From the NCBI RefSeq assembly GCF_964355755.1, contig NC_092671.1, forward strand, positions 21,841,317 through 21,905,316: a stretch of 64,000 nt of DNA. The letters are read 5' to 3'. The position numbers and the translations under genes are program-made. The notes beneath the pieces are model-generated. The model was not told the DNA's origin and did no database searches. It worked only from the letters and a program-made list of their open reading frames with translations. Below are positions 14,001-27,600 of this stretch, piece by piece (position 1 is the stretch's first letter; every line of letters begins with the position of its first letter). This stretch comes from Antedon mediterranea (lineage: Eukaryota; Animalia; Echinodermata).

Positions 14001-17000
14001 TAGCTTCAAATCGCATTTGGAGACGTTTTAGACCATTTTGTGATTTTCGAAAAAACTTGTTAACATAAAAACACCAAAGTGCTTAGAATAGCTTCAAATC
14101 GCATTAGGAGACGTTTTAGACCATTTTGTGATTTTCGAAAAAACTTGTTAACATAAAAACACCAAAGTGCTTAGAATAGCTTCAAATCGCATTTGGAGAC
14201 GTTTTAGACCATTTTGTGATTTTCAAAAAAACTTTTTAACATAAAAACACCAAACTGCTAAGAATAGCTTCAAATCGCATATGGAGACAATTTAGACCAT
14301 TTTGTGATTTTCGAAAAAACTTGTTAACATAAAAACACCAAAGTGATTAGAATACCTTCAAATCGCATTTGGAGACATTTTAGACCATTTTGTGATTTTC
14401 GAAAAAACTTGTTAACATAAAAACATCAAAGTGCTAAGAATAGCTTCCAATCGCATTTGGAGACGTTTTAGACCATTTTGTGATTTTCGAAAAAACTTGT
14501 TAACATAAAAACATCAAAGGGCTAAGAATAGCTTCAAATCGCATTTGGAGACATTTTAGACCAATTAGTGATTTTCGAAAAAACTTGGTTACACAAAAAC
14601 ATCTAGATAATGTAAAGAAAGGCCACTCGGCACGTATTATGTATTTTGATTTTCAATCTGCGTTTAATACCATACAACCCCATATCTTAGCAGACAAAAT
14701 GTTGAATATGGAGTTCGCTGATGGAGACGTTTTAGACCATTTTGTGCATTTCGATGAAACTTGGTTACGCAAAAACATCAAAGTGCTTAAAATCACATTA
14801 TAAACCGTTTTAGACCATTTTGAGCATATCGATAACACTGTTCACACAAAAACATCAAAGAGCACAATATAGCTTAATATCGTATTTATAAACGTTTTAG
14901 ACCATTTTGAGCATTTCGAAAAAACTTTTTCACACAAAACACCAAAGTGCTTAGAATAGCTTCAAATCGCATTTGGAGACCTTTTAGACCATTTTGTGAT
15001 TTTCGAAAAAACTTGTTAACATAAAAAGATCAAAGTTCTAAGAATAGCTTCAAATCGCATTTGGAGACATTTTAGACCAATTTGTGATTTTCGAAAAAAC
15101 TTGGTTACACAAAAACATCAAAGTGCTTAAAATCACATTATAAAACCGTTTTAGACCATTTTGAGCATTTCGATAACACTTTTCACACAAAAACATCAAA
15201 GAGCATAAAATAGGTTAATATCGTATTAAAAAACGTTTTAGACCATTTTGAGCATTTCGATGAAACTTGGTTACGCAAAAACATCAAAGTGCTTAAAATC
15301 ACATTATAAACCGTTTTAGACCATTTTGAGCATATCGATAAATTTTTTTACACAAAAACATCAAAGAGCACAAAATAGCTTAATATCGTATTTGGAAACG
15401 TTTTAGAACATTTTGTGATTTTCGAAAAAACTTGTTAACATAAAACACCAAAGTGTACAGAATAGCTTCAAATCGCATTTGGAGACATTTTAGACCAATT
15501 TGTGATTTTCGAAAAAACTTGTTAACATAAAAACACCAAAGTGCTAAGAATAGCTTCAAATCGCATTTGGAGACATTTTAGACCAATTTGTGATTTTCGA
15601 AAAAACTTGGTTACACAAAAACATCAAAGTGCTTAAAATCACATTATAAAACCGTTTTAGACCATTTTGAGCATTTCGATAACACTTTTTACACAAAAAC
15701 ATCAAAGAGCATAAAATAGGTTAATATCGTATTTAAAAACGTTTTAGACCATTTTGAGCATTTCGACAAAACTTTTTCACACAAAACACCAAAGTGTACA
15801 GAATAGCTTAATATCGTATTTAAAAACGTTTTAGACCATTTTGTGATTTTCGAAAAAACTTGTTAACATAAAAACACCAAAGTGCTTACAATAGCTTCAA
15901 ATCGCATTAGGAGACGTTTTAGACCATTTTGTGATTTTCGAAAAAACTTGTTAACATAAAAACATCAAAGTGTACAGAATAGCTTCAAATCGCATTTGGA
16001 GACGTTTTAGACCATTTTGTGATTTTCGAAAAAAACTTGTTAACATAAAAACACCAAAGTGCTTAGAATAGCTTCAAATCGCATTTGGAGACGTTTTAGA
16101 CCATTTTGTGATTTTCGAAAAAACTTGTTAATATAAAAACACCAAAGTACTTAGAATAGCTTCAAATCGCATTTGGAGACGTTTTAGACCATTTTGTGAT
16201 TTTCGAAAAAACTTGTTAACATAAAAACACCAAAGTTCTTAAAATAGCTTCAAATCGCATTTGGAGACGTTTTAGACCATTTTGTGATTTTCGAAAAAAC
16301 TTGTTAACACAAAAACACCAAAGTGTTTAGAAAAGCTTCAAATCGCATTTGGAGAAGTTTTAGACCATTTTGTGATTTTCGAAAAAACTTGTTAACATAA
16401 AAACACCAAAGTGTTTAGAAAAGCTTCAAATCGCATTTGGAGACGTTTTAGACCATTTTGGGATTTTCGAAAAAACTTGTTAACATAAAAACACCAAAGT
16501 GCTTAGAATAGCTTCAAATCGCATTTGGAGACGTTTTAGACCATTTTGTAATTTTCAAAAAAACTTGTTAACATAAAAACACCAAAGTTCTTAGAATAGC
16601 TTCAAATCGCATTTGGAGACGTTTTAGACCATTTTGTGCATTTCGATGAAACTTGGTTACACAAAAACATCAAAGTCCTTAAAATCACATTATAAACCGT
16701 TTTAGACCATTTGAGCATTTCGATAACACTTTTCACACAAAAACATCAAAGAGCACAATATAGCTTAATATCCTATTTAAAAACGTTTTAGACCATTTTG
16801 AGCATTTCGACAAAACTTTTTCACACAAAACACCAAAGTGCTTAGAATACCTTCAAATCGCATTTGGAGACGTTTTAGACCATTTTGTGTTTTTCGAAAA
16901 AACTTGTTAACATAAAAACATCAAAGTTTACAGAATAGCTTCAAATCGCATTTGGAGACGTTTTAGACAATTTTGTGATTTTCGAAAAAACTTGTTAATA

Positions 17001-18629
17001 TAAAAACACCAAAGTGCTTAGAATAGCTTCAAATCGCATTGGGAGACGTTTTAGACCATTTTGTGATTTTCGAAAAAACTTGTTAACATAAAAACATCAA
17101 AGTGTACAGAATAGCTTCAAATCGCATTTGGAGACGTTTTAGACCATTTTGTGATTTTCGAAAAAACTTGTTAACATAAAAACACCAAAGTGCTTAGAAT
17201 AGCTTCAAATCGCATTTGGAGACGTTTTAAACCATTTTGTGATTTTCGAAAAAACTTGTTAACATAAAAACACCAAAATGTTTAGAATAGCTTCAAATCG
17301 CATTTGGAGACGTTTTAGACCATTTTGTGATTTTCGAAAAAACTTGTTAACACAAAAACACCAAAGTGATTAGAATAGCTTCAAATCGCATTTGGAGACG
17401 TTTTAGACCATTTTCTGATTTTCGAAAAAACTTGTTAACATAAAAACACCAAAGTGATTAGAATAGCTTCAAATCGCATTTGGAGACGTTTTAGACCATT
17501 TTGTGCATTTCGATGAAACTTGGTTACGCAAAAACATCAAAGTGCTTAAAATCACATTATAAACCGTTTTAGACCATTTTGAGCATATCGATAAAACTTT
17601 TTACACAAAAACATCAAAGAGCACAAAATAGCTTAATATCGTATTTGGAAACGTTTTAGAACATTTTGTGATTTTCGAAAAAACTTGCTAACATAAAACA
17701 CCAAAGTGTACAGAATAGCTTCAAATCGCATTTGGAGACATTTTAGACCAATTTGTGATTTTCGAAAAAACTTGTTAACATAAAAACACCAAAGTGCTAA
17801 GAATAGCTTAAAATCGCATTTGGAGACATTTTAGACCAATTTGTGATTTTCGAAAAAACTTGGTTACACAAAAACATCAAAGTGCTTAAAATCACATTAT
17901 AAAACCGTTTTAGACCATTTTGAGCATTTCGATAACACTTTTCACACAAAAACATCAAAGAGCATAAAATAGGTTAATATCGTATTTAAAAACGTTTTAG
18001 ACCATTTTGAGCATTTCGACAAAACTTTTTCACACAAAACACCAAAGTGTACAGAATAGCTTAATATCGTATTTAAAAACGTTTTAGACCATTTTGTGAT
18101 TTTCGAAAAAACTTGTTAACATAAAAACACCAAAATGTTTAGAATAGCTTCAAATCGCATTTGGAGACGTTTTAGTCCATTTTGTGATTTTCGAAAAAAC
18201 TTGTTAACACAAAAACACCAAAGTGATTAGAATAGCTTCAAATCGCATTTGGAGACGTTTTAGACCATTTTGTGATTTTCGAAAAAACTTGTTAACATAA
18301 AAACACCAAAGTGATTAGAATAGATTCAAATCGCATTTGGAGACGTTTTAGACCATTTTGTGCATTTCGATGAAACTTGGTTACGCAAAAACATCAATGT
18401 GCTTAAAATCACATTATAAACCGTTTTAGACCATTTTGAGCATATCCATAAAACTTTTTACACAAAACACCAAAGTGCTTAGAATAGCTTCAAATCGCAT
18501 TTGGAGACGTTTTAGACCATTTTGTGATTTTCGACAAAACTTTTTCACACAAAACACCAAAGTGCTTAGAATACCTTCAAATCGCATTTGGAGACGTTTT
18601 AGACCATTTTGTGATTTTCGAAAAAACTT
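10290..18629 (+). repeat. Two direct copies of a roughly 3.6-kb block (offset 4659-4748) flanking the RT-insert region
   Basis: Rare variants lie at +4659: gtcctt (12018/16677), ttttctgatt (12756/17415), and the ORFs at 13777/18436. The 5' part is offset 4748, about one monomer more. Confidence 0.8.
14604..14721 (+). mobile_element. 118-bp fragment of a non-LTR retrotransposon reverse transcriptase (Rex1/Babar-like, CR1/L2 group), non-functional
   Basis: This is the only extended non-satellite sequence. It translates without stops as (H)LDNVKKGHSARIMYFDFQSAFNTIQPHILADKMLNM. This resembles the RT motif carrying the first catalytic Asp, recalled as HLD...VRxLFxDFSSAFNTI.P..L..KL in Rex1/Babar elements. 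The clade call is from motif memory, not a database search. Confidence 0.85.
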
Positions 18630-19398
18630 GGTTACACAAAAACATCAAAGTGCTTAAAATCACATTATAAAACCGTTTTAGACCATTTTGAGCATTTCGA
18701 TAACACTTTTCACACAAAAACATCAAAGAGCATAAAATAGGTTAATATCGTATTTAAAAACGTTTTAGACCATTTTGAGCATTTCGACAAAACTTTTTCA
18801 CACAAAACACCAAAGTGTACAGAATAGCTTAATATCGTATTTAAAAACGTTTTAGACCATTTTGTGATTTTCGAAAAAACTTGTTAACATAAAAACACCA
18901 AAATGTTTAGAATAGCTTCAAATCGCATTTGGAGACGTTTTAGTCCATTTTGTGATTTTCGAAAAAACTTGTTAACACAAAAACACCAAAGTGATTAGAA
19001 TAGCTTCAAATCGCATTTGGAGACGTTTTAGACCATTTTGTGATTTTCGAAAAAACTTGTTAACATAAAAACACCAAAGTGATTAGAATAGATTCAACTC
19101 GCATTTGGAGACGTTTTAGACCATTTTGTGCATTTCGATGAAACTTGGTTACGCAAAAACATCAATGTGCTTAAAATCACATTATAAACCGTTTTAGACC
19201 ATTTTGAGCATATCCATAAAACTTTTTACACAAAACACCAAAGTGCTTAGAATAGCTTCAAATCGCATTTGGAGACGTTTTAGACCATTTTGTGATTTTC
19301 GACAAAACTTTTTCACACAAAACACCAAAGTGCTTAGAATACCTTCAAATCGCATTTGGAGACGTTTTAGACCATTTTGTGATTTTCGAAAAAACTTG
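17840..19398 (+). repeat. Tandem duplication, 768-bp unit (9 monomers)
   Basis: The private SNP ttagtccat is at 18176 and 18944, and the ORFs start at 18436 and 19204. Confidence 0.88.
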
Positions 19399-19879
19399 TT
19401 AACATAAAAACATCAAAGTGTACAGAATAGCTTCAAATCGCATTTGGAGACGTTTTAGACCATTTTGTGATTTTCGAAAAAACTTGTTAACATAAAAACA
19501 CCAAAGTGCTTAGAATAGCTTCAAATCGCATTAGGAGACGTTTTAGACCATTTTGTGATTTTCGAAAAACTTGTTAACATAAAAACACCAAAGTGCTTAG
19601 AATAGCTTCAAATCGCATTTGGAGACGTTTTAGACCATTTTGTGATTTTCGAAAAAACTTGTTAACATAAAAACACCAAAATGTTTAGAATAGCTTCAAA
19701 TCGCATTTTGAGACGTTTTAGACCATTTTGTGATTTTCGAAAAAACTTGTTAACACAAAAACACCAAAGTTATTAGAATAGCTTCAAATCGCATTTGGAG
19801 ACGTTTTAGACCATTTTGTGCATTTCGATGAAACTTGGTTACGCAAAAACATCAAAGTGCTTAAAATCACATTATAAAC

Positions 19880-21640
19880 CGTTTTAGACCATTTTGAGCA
19901 TATCGATAACACTTTTCACACAAAAACATCAAAGAGCACAATATAGCTTAATATCGTATTTAAAAACGTTTTAGACCATTTTGAGCATTTCGACAAAACT
20001 TTTTCACACAAAACACCAAAGTGCTTAGAATAGCTTCAAATCGCATTTGGAGACGTTTTAGACCATTTTGTGATTTTCGAAAAAACTTGTTAACATAAAA
20101 ACATCAAAGTGCTAAGAATAGCTTCAAATCGAATTTGGAGACATTTTAGACCAATTTGTGATTTTCGAAAAAACTTGGTTACACAAAAACATCAAAGTGG
20201 TTAAAATCACATTATAAACCGTTTTAGACCATTTTGAGCATTTCGATAACACTTTTCACACAAAAACATCAAAGTGCTTAGAATAGCTTCAAATCGCATT
20301 TGGAGACGTTTTAGACCATTTTGTGATTTTCGAAAAAAACTTTTTAACATAAAAACACCAAACTGCTAAGAATAGCTTCAAATCGCACATGGAGACAATT
20401 TAGACCATTTTGTGATTTTCGAAAAAACTTGTTAACATAAAAACACCAAAGTGCTTAGAATACCTTCAAATCGCATTTGGAGACATTTTAGACCATTTTG
20501 TGATTTTCGAAAAGACTTGTTAACATAAAAACATCAAAGTGCTAAGAATAGCTTCCAATCGCATTTGGAGACGTTTTAGACCATTTTGTGATTTTCGAAA
20601 ACAACTTGTTAACATAAAAACACCAAAGTGCTTAGAATAGCTTCAAATCGCATTTGGAGACGTTTTAGACCAATTTGTGATTTTCGAAAAAACTTGGTTA
20701 CACAAAAACATCAAAGTGGATAAAATCACATTATAAACCGTTTTAGACCATTTTGAGCATATCGATAACACTTTTCACACAAAAACATCAAAGAGCACAA
20801 TATAGCTTAATATCGTATTTAAAAACGTTTTAGACCATTTTGAGCATTTCGACAAAACTTTTTCACACAAAACACCAAAGTGCTTAGAATAGCTTCAAAT
20901 CGCATTTGGAGACGTTTTAGACCATTTTGTGATTTTCGAAAAAACTTGTTAACATAAAAACATCAAAGTGCTAAGAATAGCTTCAAATCGAATTTGGAGA
21001 CATTTTAGACCAATTAGTGATTTTCGAAAAAACTTGGTTACACAAAAACATCAAAGTGGTTAAAATCACATTATAAACCGTTTTAGACCATTTTGAGCAT
21101 TTCGATAACACTTTTCACACAAAAACATCAAAGTGCTTAGAATAGCTTCAAATCGCATTTGGAGACGTTTTAGACCATTTTGTGATTTTCGAAAAAAACT
21201 TTTTAACATAAAAACACCAAACTGCTAAGAATAGCTTCAAATCGCATATGGAGACAATTTAGACCATTTTGTGATTTTCGAAAAAACTTGTTAACATAAA
21301 AACACCAAAGTTCTTAGAATACCTTCAAATCGCATTTGGAGACATTTTAGACCATTTTGTGATTTTCGAAAAAACTTGTTATTACATAAAAACATCAAAG
21401 TGCTAAGAATAGCTTCCAATCGCATTTGGAGACGTTTTAGACCATTTTGTGATTTTCGAAAACAACTTGTTAACATAAAAAAACCAAAGTGCTTAGAATA
21501 GCTTCAAATCGCATTTGGAGACGTTTTAGACCAATTTGTGATTTTCGAAAAAACTTGGTTACACAAAAACATCAAAGTGGATAAAATCACATTATAAACC
21601 GTTTTAGACCATTTTGAGCATTTCGATAACACATTTCACA
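19880..21640 (+). repeat. Tandem roughly 859-bp 10-monomer higher-order repeat; related inverted copies at about 62.3-64.0 kb
   Basis: gaatttgg occurs at 20131/20990 and gtggataaaatc at about 20716/21577. The inverted gattttatcc occurs at 62402/63261. Confidence 0.8.
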
Positions 21641-24600
21641 CAAAAACATCAAAGAGCACAATATAGCTTAATATCGTATTTAAAAACGTTTTAAACCATT
21701 TTGAGCATTTCGACAAAACTTTTTCACACAAAACACCAAAGTGCTTAGAATAGCTTCAAATCGCATTTGGAGACGTTTTAGACCATTTTGTGATTTTCGA
21801 AAAAACTTGTTAATATAAAAACACCAAAGTACTTAGAATAGCTTCAAATCGCATTTGGAGACGTTGTAGACCATTTTGTGATTTTCGAAAAAACTTGTTA
21901 ACATAAAAACACCAAAGTTTACAGAATAGCTTAAAATCGCATTTGGAGACGTTTTAGACAATTTTGTGCATTTCGATGAAACTTGGTTACACAAAAACAT
22001 CAAAGTGCTTAAAATCACATTATAAACCGTTTTAGACCATTTGAGCATTTCGATAACACTTTTCACACAAAAACATCAAAGTTCACAATATAGCTTAATA
22101 TCCTATTTAAAAACGTTTTAGACCATTTTGAGCATTTCGACAAAACTTTTTCACACAAAACACCAAAGTGCTTAGAATACCTTCAAATCGCATTTGGAGA
22201 CGTTTTAGACAATTTTGTGATTTTCGAAAAAACTTGTTAACATAAAAACATCAAAGTTTACAGAATAGCTTCAAATCGCATTTGGAGACGTTTTAGACAA
22301 TTTTGTGATTTTCGAAAAAACTTGTTAACATAAAAACACCAAAGTGCTTAGAATAGCTTCAAATCGCATTGGGAGACGTTTTAGACCATTTTGTGATTTT
22401 CGAAAAAACTTGTTAACATAAAAACACCAAAGTGCTTAGAATAGCTTCAAATCGCATTTGGAGACGTTTTAGACCATTTTGTGATTTTCGAAAAAACTTG
22501 TTAACATAAAAACACCAAAGTTCTTAAAATAGCTTCAAATCGCATTTGGAGACGTTTTAGACCATTTTGTGATTTTCGAAAAAACTTGTTAACATAAAAA
22601 CACCAAAGTGTTTAGAAAAGCTTCAAATCGCATTTGGAGACGTTTTAGACCATTTTGGGATTTTTGAAAAAACTTGTTAACATAAAAACACCAAAGTGCT
22701 TAGAATAGCTTCAAATCGCATTTGGAGACGTTTTAGACCATTTTGTAATTTTCAAAAAAACTTGTTAACATAAAAACACCAAAGTTCTTAGAATAGCTTC
22801 AAATCGCATTTGGAGACGTTTTAGACCATTTTGTGCATTTCGATGAAACTTGGTTACACAAAAACATCAAAGTGCTTAAAATCACGTTATAAACCGTTTT
22901 AGACCATTTGAGCATTTCGATAACACTTTTCACACAAAAACATCAAAGGGCACAATATAGCTTAATATCCTATTTAAAAACGTTTTAGACCATTTTGAGC
23001 ATTTCGACAAAACTTTTTCACACAAAACACCAAAGTGCTTAGAATACCTTCAAATCGCATTTGGAGACGTTTTAGACAATTTTGTGATTTTCGAAAAAAC
23101 TTAACATAAAAACATCAAAGTTTACAGAATAGCTTCAAATCGCATTTGGAGACGTTTTAGACCATTTTGTGATTTTCGAAAAAACTTGTTAACATAAAAA
23201 CACCAAAGTGCTTAGAATAGCTTCAAATCGCATTTGGAGACGTTTTAAACCATTTTGTGATTTTCGAAAAAACTTGTTAACATAAAAACACCAAAATGTT
23301 TAGAATAGCTTCAAATCGCATTTGGAGACGTTTTAGACCATTTTGTGATTTTCGAAAAAACTTGTTAACACAAAAACACCAAAGTGATTAGAATAGCTTC
23401 AAATCGCATTTGGAGACGTTTTAGACCATTTTGTGATTTTCGAAAAAACTTGTTAACATAAAAACACCAAAGTGATTAGAATAGCTTCAAATCGCATTTG
23501 GAGACGTTTTAGACCATTTTGTGCATTTCGATGAAACTTGGTTACGCAAAAACATCAAAGTGCTTAAAATCACATTATAAACCGTTTTAGACCATTTTGA
23601 GCATATCGATAACACTTTTTACACAAAACACCAAAGTGCTTAGAATAGCTTCAAATCGCATTTGGAGACGTTTTAGACCATTTTGTGATTTTCGACAAAA
23701 CTTTTTCACACAAAACACCAAAGTGCTTAGAATACCTTCAAATCGCATTTGGAGACGTTTTAGACCATTTTGTGATTTTCGAAAAAACTTGTTAACATAA
23801 AAACATCAAAATGTTTAGAATAGCTTCAAATCACATTTGGAGACGTTTTAGACCATTTTGTGATTTTCGAAAAAACTTGTTAACACAAAAACACCAAAGT
23901 GATTAGAATAGCTTCAAATCGCATTTGGAGACGTTTTAGACCAATTTGTGCATTTCGATGAAACTTGGTTACGCAAAAACATCAAAGTGCTTAAAATCAC
24001 ATTATAAACCGTTTTAGACCATTTTGAGCATATCGATAACACTTTTCACACAAAAACATCAAAGAGCACAATATAGCTTAATATCTTATTTAAAAACGTT
24101 TTAGACCATTTTGAGCATTTCGACAAAACTTTTTCACACAAAACACCAAAGTGCTTAGAATAGCTTCAAATCGCATTTGGAGACGTTTTAGACCATTTTG
24201 TGATTTTCGAAAAAACTTGTTAACATAAAAACATCAAAGTGCTAAGAATAGCTTCAAATCGCATTTGGAGACATTTTAGACCAATTAGTGATTTTCGAAA
24301 AAACTTGGTTACACAAAAACATCAAAGTGGTTAAAATCACATTATAAACCGTTTTAGACCATTTTGAGCATTTCGATAACACTTTTCACACAAAAACATC
24401 AAAGTGCTTAGAATAGCTTCAAATCGCATTTGGAGACGTTTTAGACCATTTTGTGATTTTCGAAAAAAACTTTTTAACATAAAAACACCAAACTTCTAAG
24501 AATAGCTTCAAATCGCATATGGAGACAATTTAGACCATTTTGTGATTTTCGAAAAAACTTGTTAACATAAAAACACCAAAGTGCTAAGAATAGCTTCAAA

Positions 24601-27600
24601 TCGCATATGGAGACAATTTAGACCATTTTGTGATTTTCGAAAAAACTTGTTAACATAAAAACACCAAAGTGCTTAGAATACCTTCAAATCGCATTTGGAG
24701 ACGTTTAAGACCATTTTGTGATTTTCGAAAAAACTTGTTAACATAAAAACACCAAAGTGCTTAGAATAGCTTCAAATCGCATTTGGAGACGTTTTAGACC
24801 AATTTGTGATTTTCGAAAAAACTTGGTTACACAAAAACATCAAAGTGGATAAAAGCACATTATAAACCGTTTTAGACCATTTTGAGCATTTCGATAACAC
24901 ATTTCACACAAAAACATCAAAGAGCACAAAATAGCTTAATATCGTATTTAAAAACGTTTTAAACCATTTTGAGCATTTCGACAAAACTTTTTCACACAAA
25001 ACACCAAAGTGTTTAGAAAAGCTTCAAATCGCATTTGGAGACGTTTTAGACCATTTTGGGATTTTCGAAAAAACTTGTTAACATAAAAACACCAAAGTGC
25101 TTAGAATAGCTTCAAATCGCATTTGAAGACGTTTTAGACCATTTTGTAATTTTCGAAAAAACTTGTTAACATAAAAACACCAAAATGTTTAGAATAGCTT
25201 CAAATCGCATTTGGAGACGTTTTAGACCATTTTGTGATTTTCGAAAAAACTTGTTAACACAAAAACACCAAAGTGATTAGAATAGCTTCAAATCGCATTT
25301 GGAGACGTTTTAGACCATTTTGTGATTTTCGAAAAAACTTGTTAACATAAAAACACCAAAGTGATTAGAATAGCTTCAAATCGCATTTGGAGACGTTTTA
25401 GACCATTTTGTGCATTTCGATGAAACTTGGTTACGCAAAAACATCAAAGTAATAATCACATTATAAACAGTTTTAGACCATTTTGAGCATATCGATAAAA
25501 CTTTTTACACAAAACACCAAAGTGCTTAGAATAGCTTCAAATCGCATTTGGAGACGTTTTAGACCATTTTGTGATTTTCGACAAAACTTTTTCACACAAA
25601 ACACCAAAGTGCTTAGAATACCTTCAAATCGCATTTGGAGACGTTTTAGACCATTTTGTGATTTTCGAAAAAACTTGTTAACATAAAAACATCAAAGTGT
25701 ACAGATTAGCTTCAAATCGCATTTGGAGACGTTTTAGACCATTTTGTGATTTTCGAAAAAACTTGTTAACATAAAAACACCAAAGTGCTTAGAATAGCTT
25801 CAAATCGCATTAGGAGACGTTTTAGACCATTTTGTTATTTTCGAAAAAACTTGTTAACATAAAAACACCAAAATGTTTAGAATAGCTTCAAATCGCATTT
25901 GGAGACGTTTTAGACCATTTTGTGATTTTCGAAAAAACTTGTTAACATAAAAACACCAAAGTGCTTAGAATACCTTCAAATCGCATTTGGAGACGTTTTA
26001 GACCATTTTGTGATTTTCCAAAAAACTTGTTAACATAAAAACATCAAAGTGTACAGAATAGCTTCAAATCGCATTTGGAGACGTTTTAGACCATTTTGTG
26101 ATTTTCGAAAAAACTTGTTAACATAAAAACACCAAAGTGCTTAGAATAGCTTCAAATCGCATTAGGAGACGTTTTAGACCATTTTGTGATTTTCGAAAAA
26201 ACTTGTTAACATAAAAACACCAAAGTGCTTAGAATAGCTTCAAATCGCATTTGGAGACGTTTTAGACCATTTTGTGATTTTCGAAAAAACTTGTTAACAT
26301 AAAAACACCAAAATGTTTAGAATAGCTTCAAATCAAATTTGGAGACGTTTTAGACCATTTTGTGATTTTCGAAAAAACTTGTTAACACAAAAACACCAAA
26401 GTGATTAGAATAGCTTCAAATCGCATTTGGAGACGTTTTAGACCAATTTGTGCATTTCGATGAAACTTGGTTACGCAAAAACATCAAAGTGCTTAAAATC
26501 ACATTATAAACCGTTTTAGACCATTTTGAGCATATCGATAACACTTTTCACACAAAAACATCAAAGAGCACAATATAGCTTAATATCTTATTTAAAAACG
26601 TTTTAGACCATTTTGAGCATTTCGACAAAACTTTTTCACACAAAACACCAAAGTGCTTAGAATAGCTTCAAATCGCATTTGGAGACGTTTTAGAACATTT
26701 TGTGATTTTCGAAAAAACTTTTTCACACAAAACACCAAAGTGCTTAGAATACCTTCAAATCGCATTTGGAGACGTTTTAGACCATTTTGTGATTTTCGAA
26801 AAAACTTGTTAACATAAAAACATCAAAGTGTACAGAATAGCTTCAAATCGCATTTGGAGACGTTTTAGACCATTTTGTGATTTTCGAAAAAACTTGTTAA
26901 CATAAAAACACCAAAGTGCTTAGAATAGCTTCAAATCGCATTAGGAGACGTTTTAGACCATTTTGTGATTTTCGAAAAAACTTGTTAACATAAAAACACC
27001 AAAGTGCTTAGAATAGCTTCAAATCGCATTTGGAGACGTTTTAGACCATTTTGTGATTTTCGAAAAAACTTGTTAACATAAAAACACCAAAATGTTTAGA
27101 ATAGCTTCAAATCGCATTTGGAGACGTTTTAGACCATTTTGTGATTTTCGAAAAAACTTGTTAACACAAAAACACCAAAGTGATTAGAATAGCTTCAAAT
27201 CGCATTTGGAGACGTTTTAGACCATTTTGTGCATTTCGATGAAACTTGGTTACGCAAAAACATCAAAGTGCTTAAAATCACATTATAAACCGTTTTAGAC
27301 CATTTTGAGCATATCGATAACACTTTTCACACAAAAACATCAAAGAGCACAATATAGCTTAATATCGTATTTAAAAACGTTTTAGACCATTTTGAGCATT
27401 TCGACAAAACTTTTTCACACAAAACACCAAAGTGCTTAGAATAGCTTCAAATCGCATTTGGAGACGTTTTAGACCATTTTGTGATTTTCGAAAAAACTTG
27501 TTAACATAAAAACATCAAAGGGCTAAGAATAGCTTCAAATCGCATTTGGAGACATTTTAGACCAATTAGTGATTTTCGAAAAAACTTGGTTACACAAAAA

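Noticed and set aside
14585-14803. 72-aa ORF as a functional satellite-RT fusion gene
   Set aside because: It has only about 39 RT codons, no YxDD motif, a TTG start and satellite-derived ends.
21376-21390. cttgttattacata (+2 bp) and A6/A7/A9 run-length variants
   Set aside because: These are ordinary slippage or possible sequencing error.
14653-22066. Minus-strand ORFs at 14653-14838, 21291-21476 and 21833-22066
   Set aside because: These are chance open frames in antisense satellite or insert sequence.
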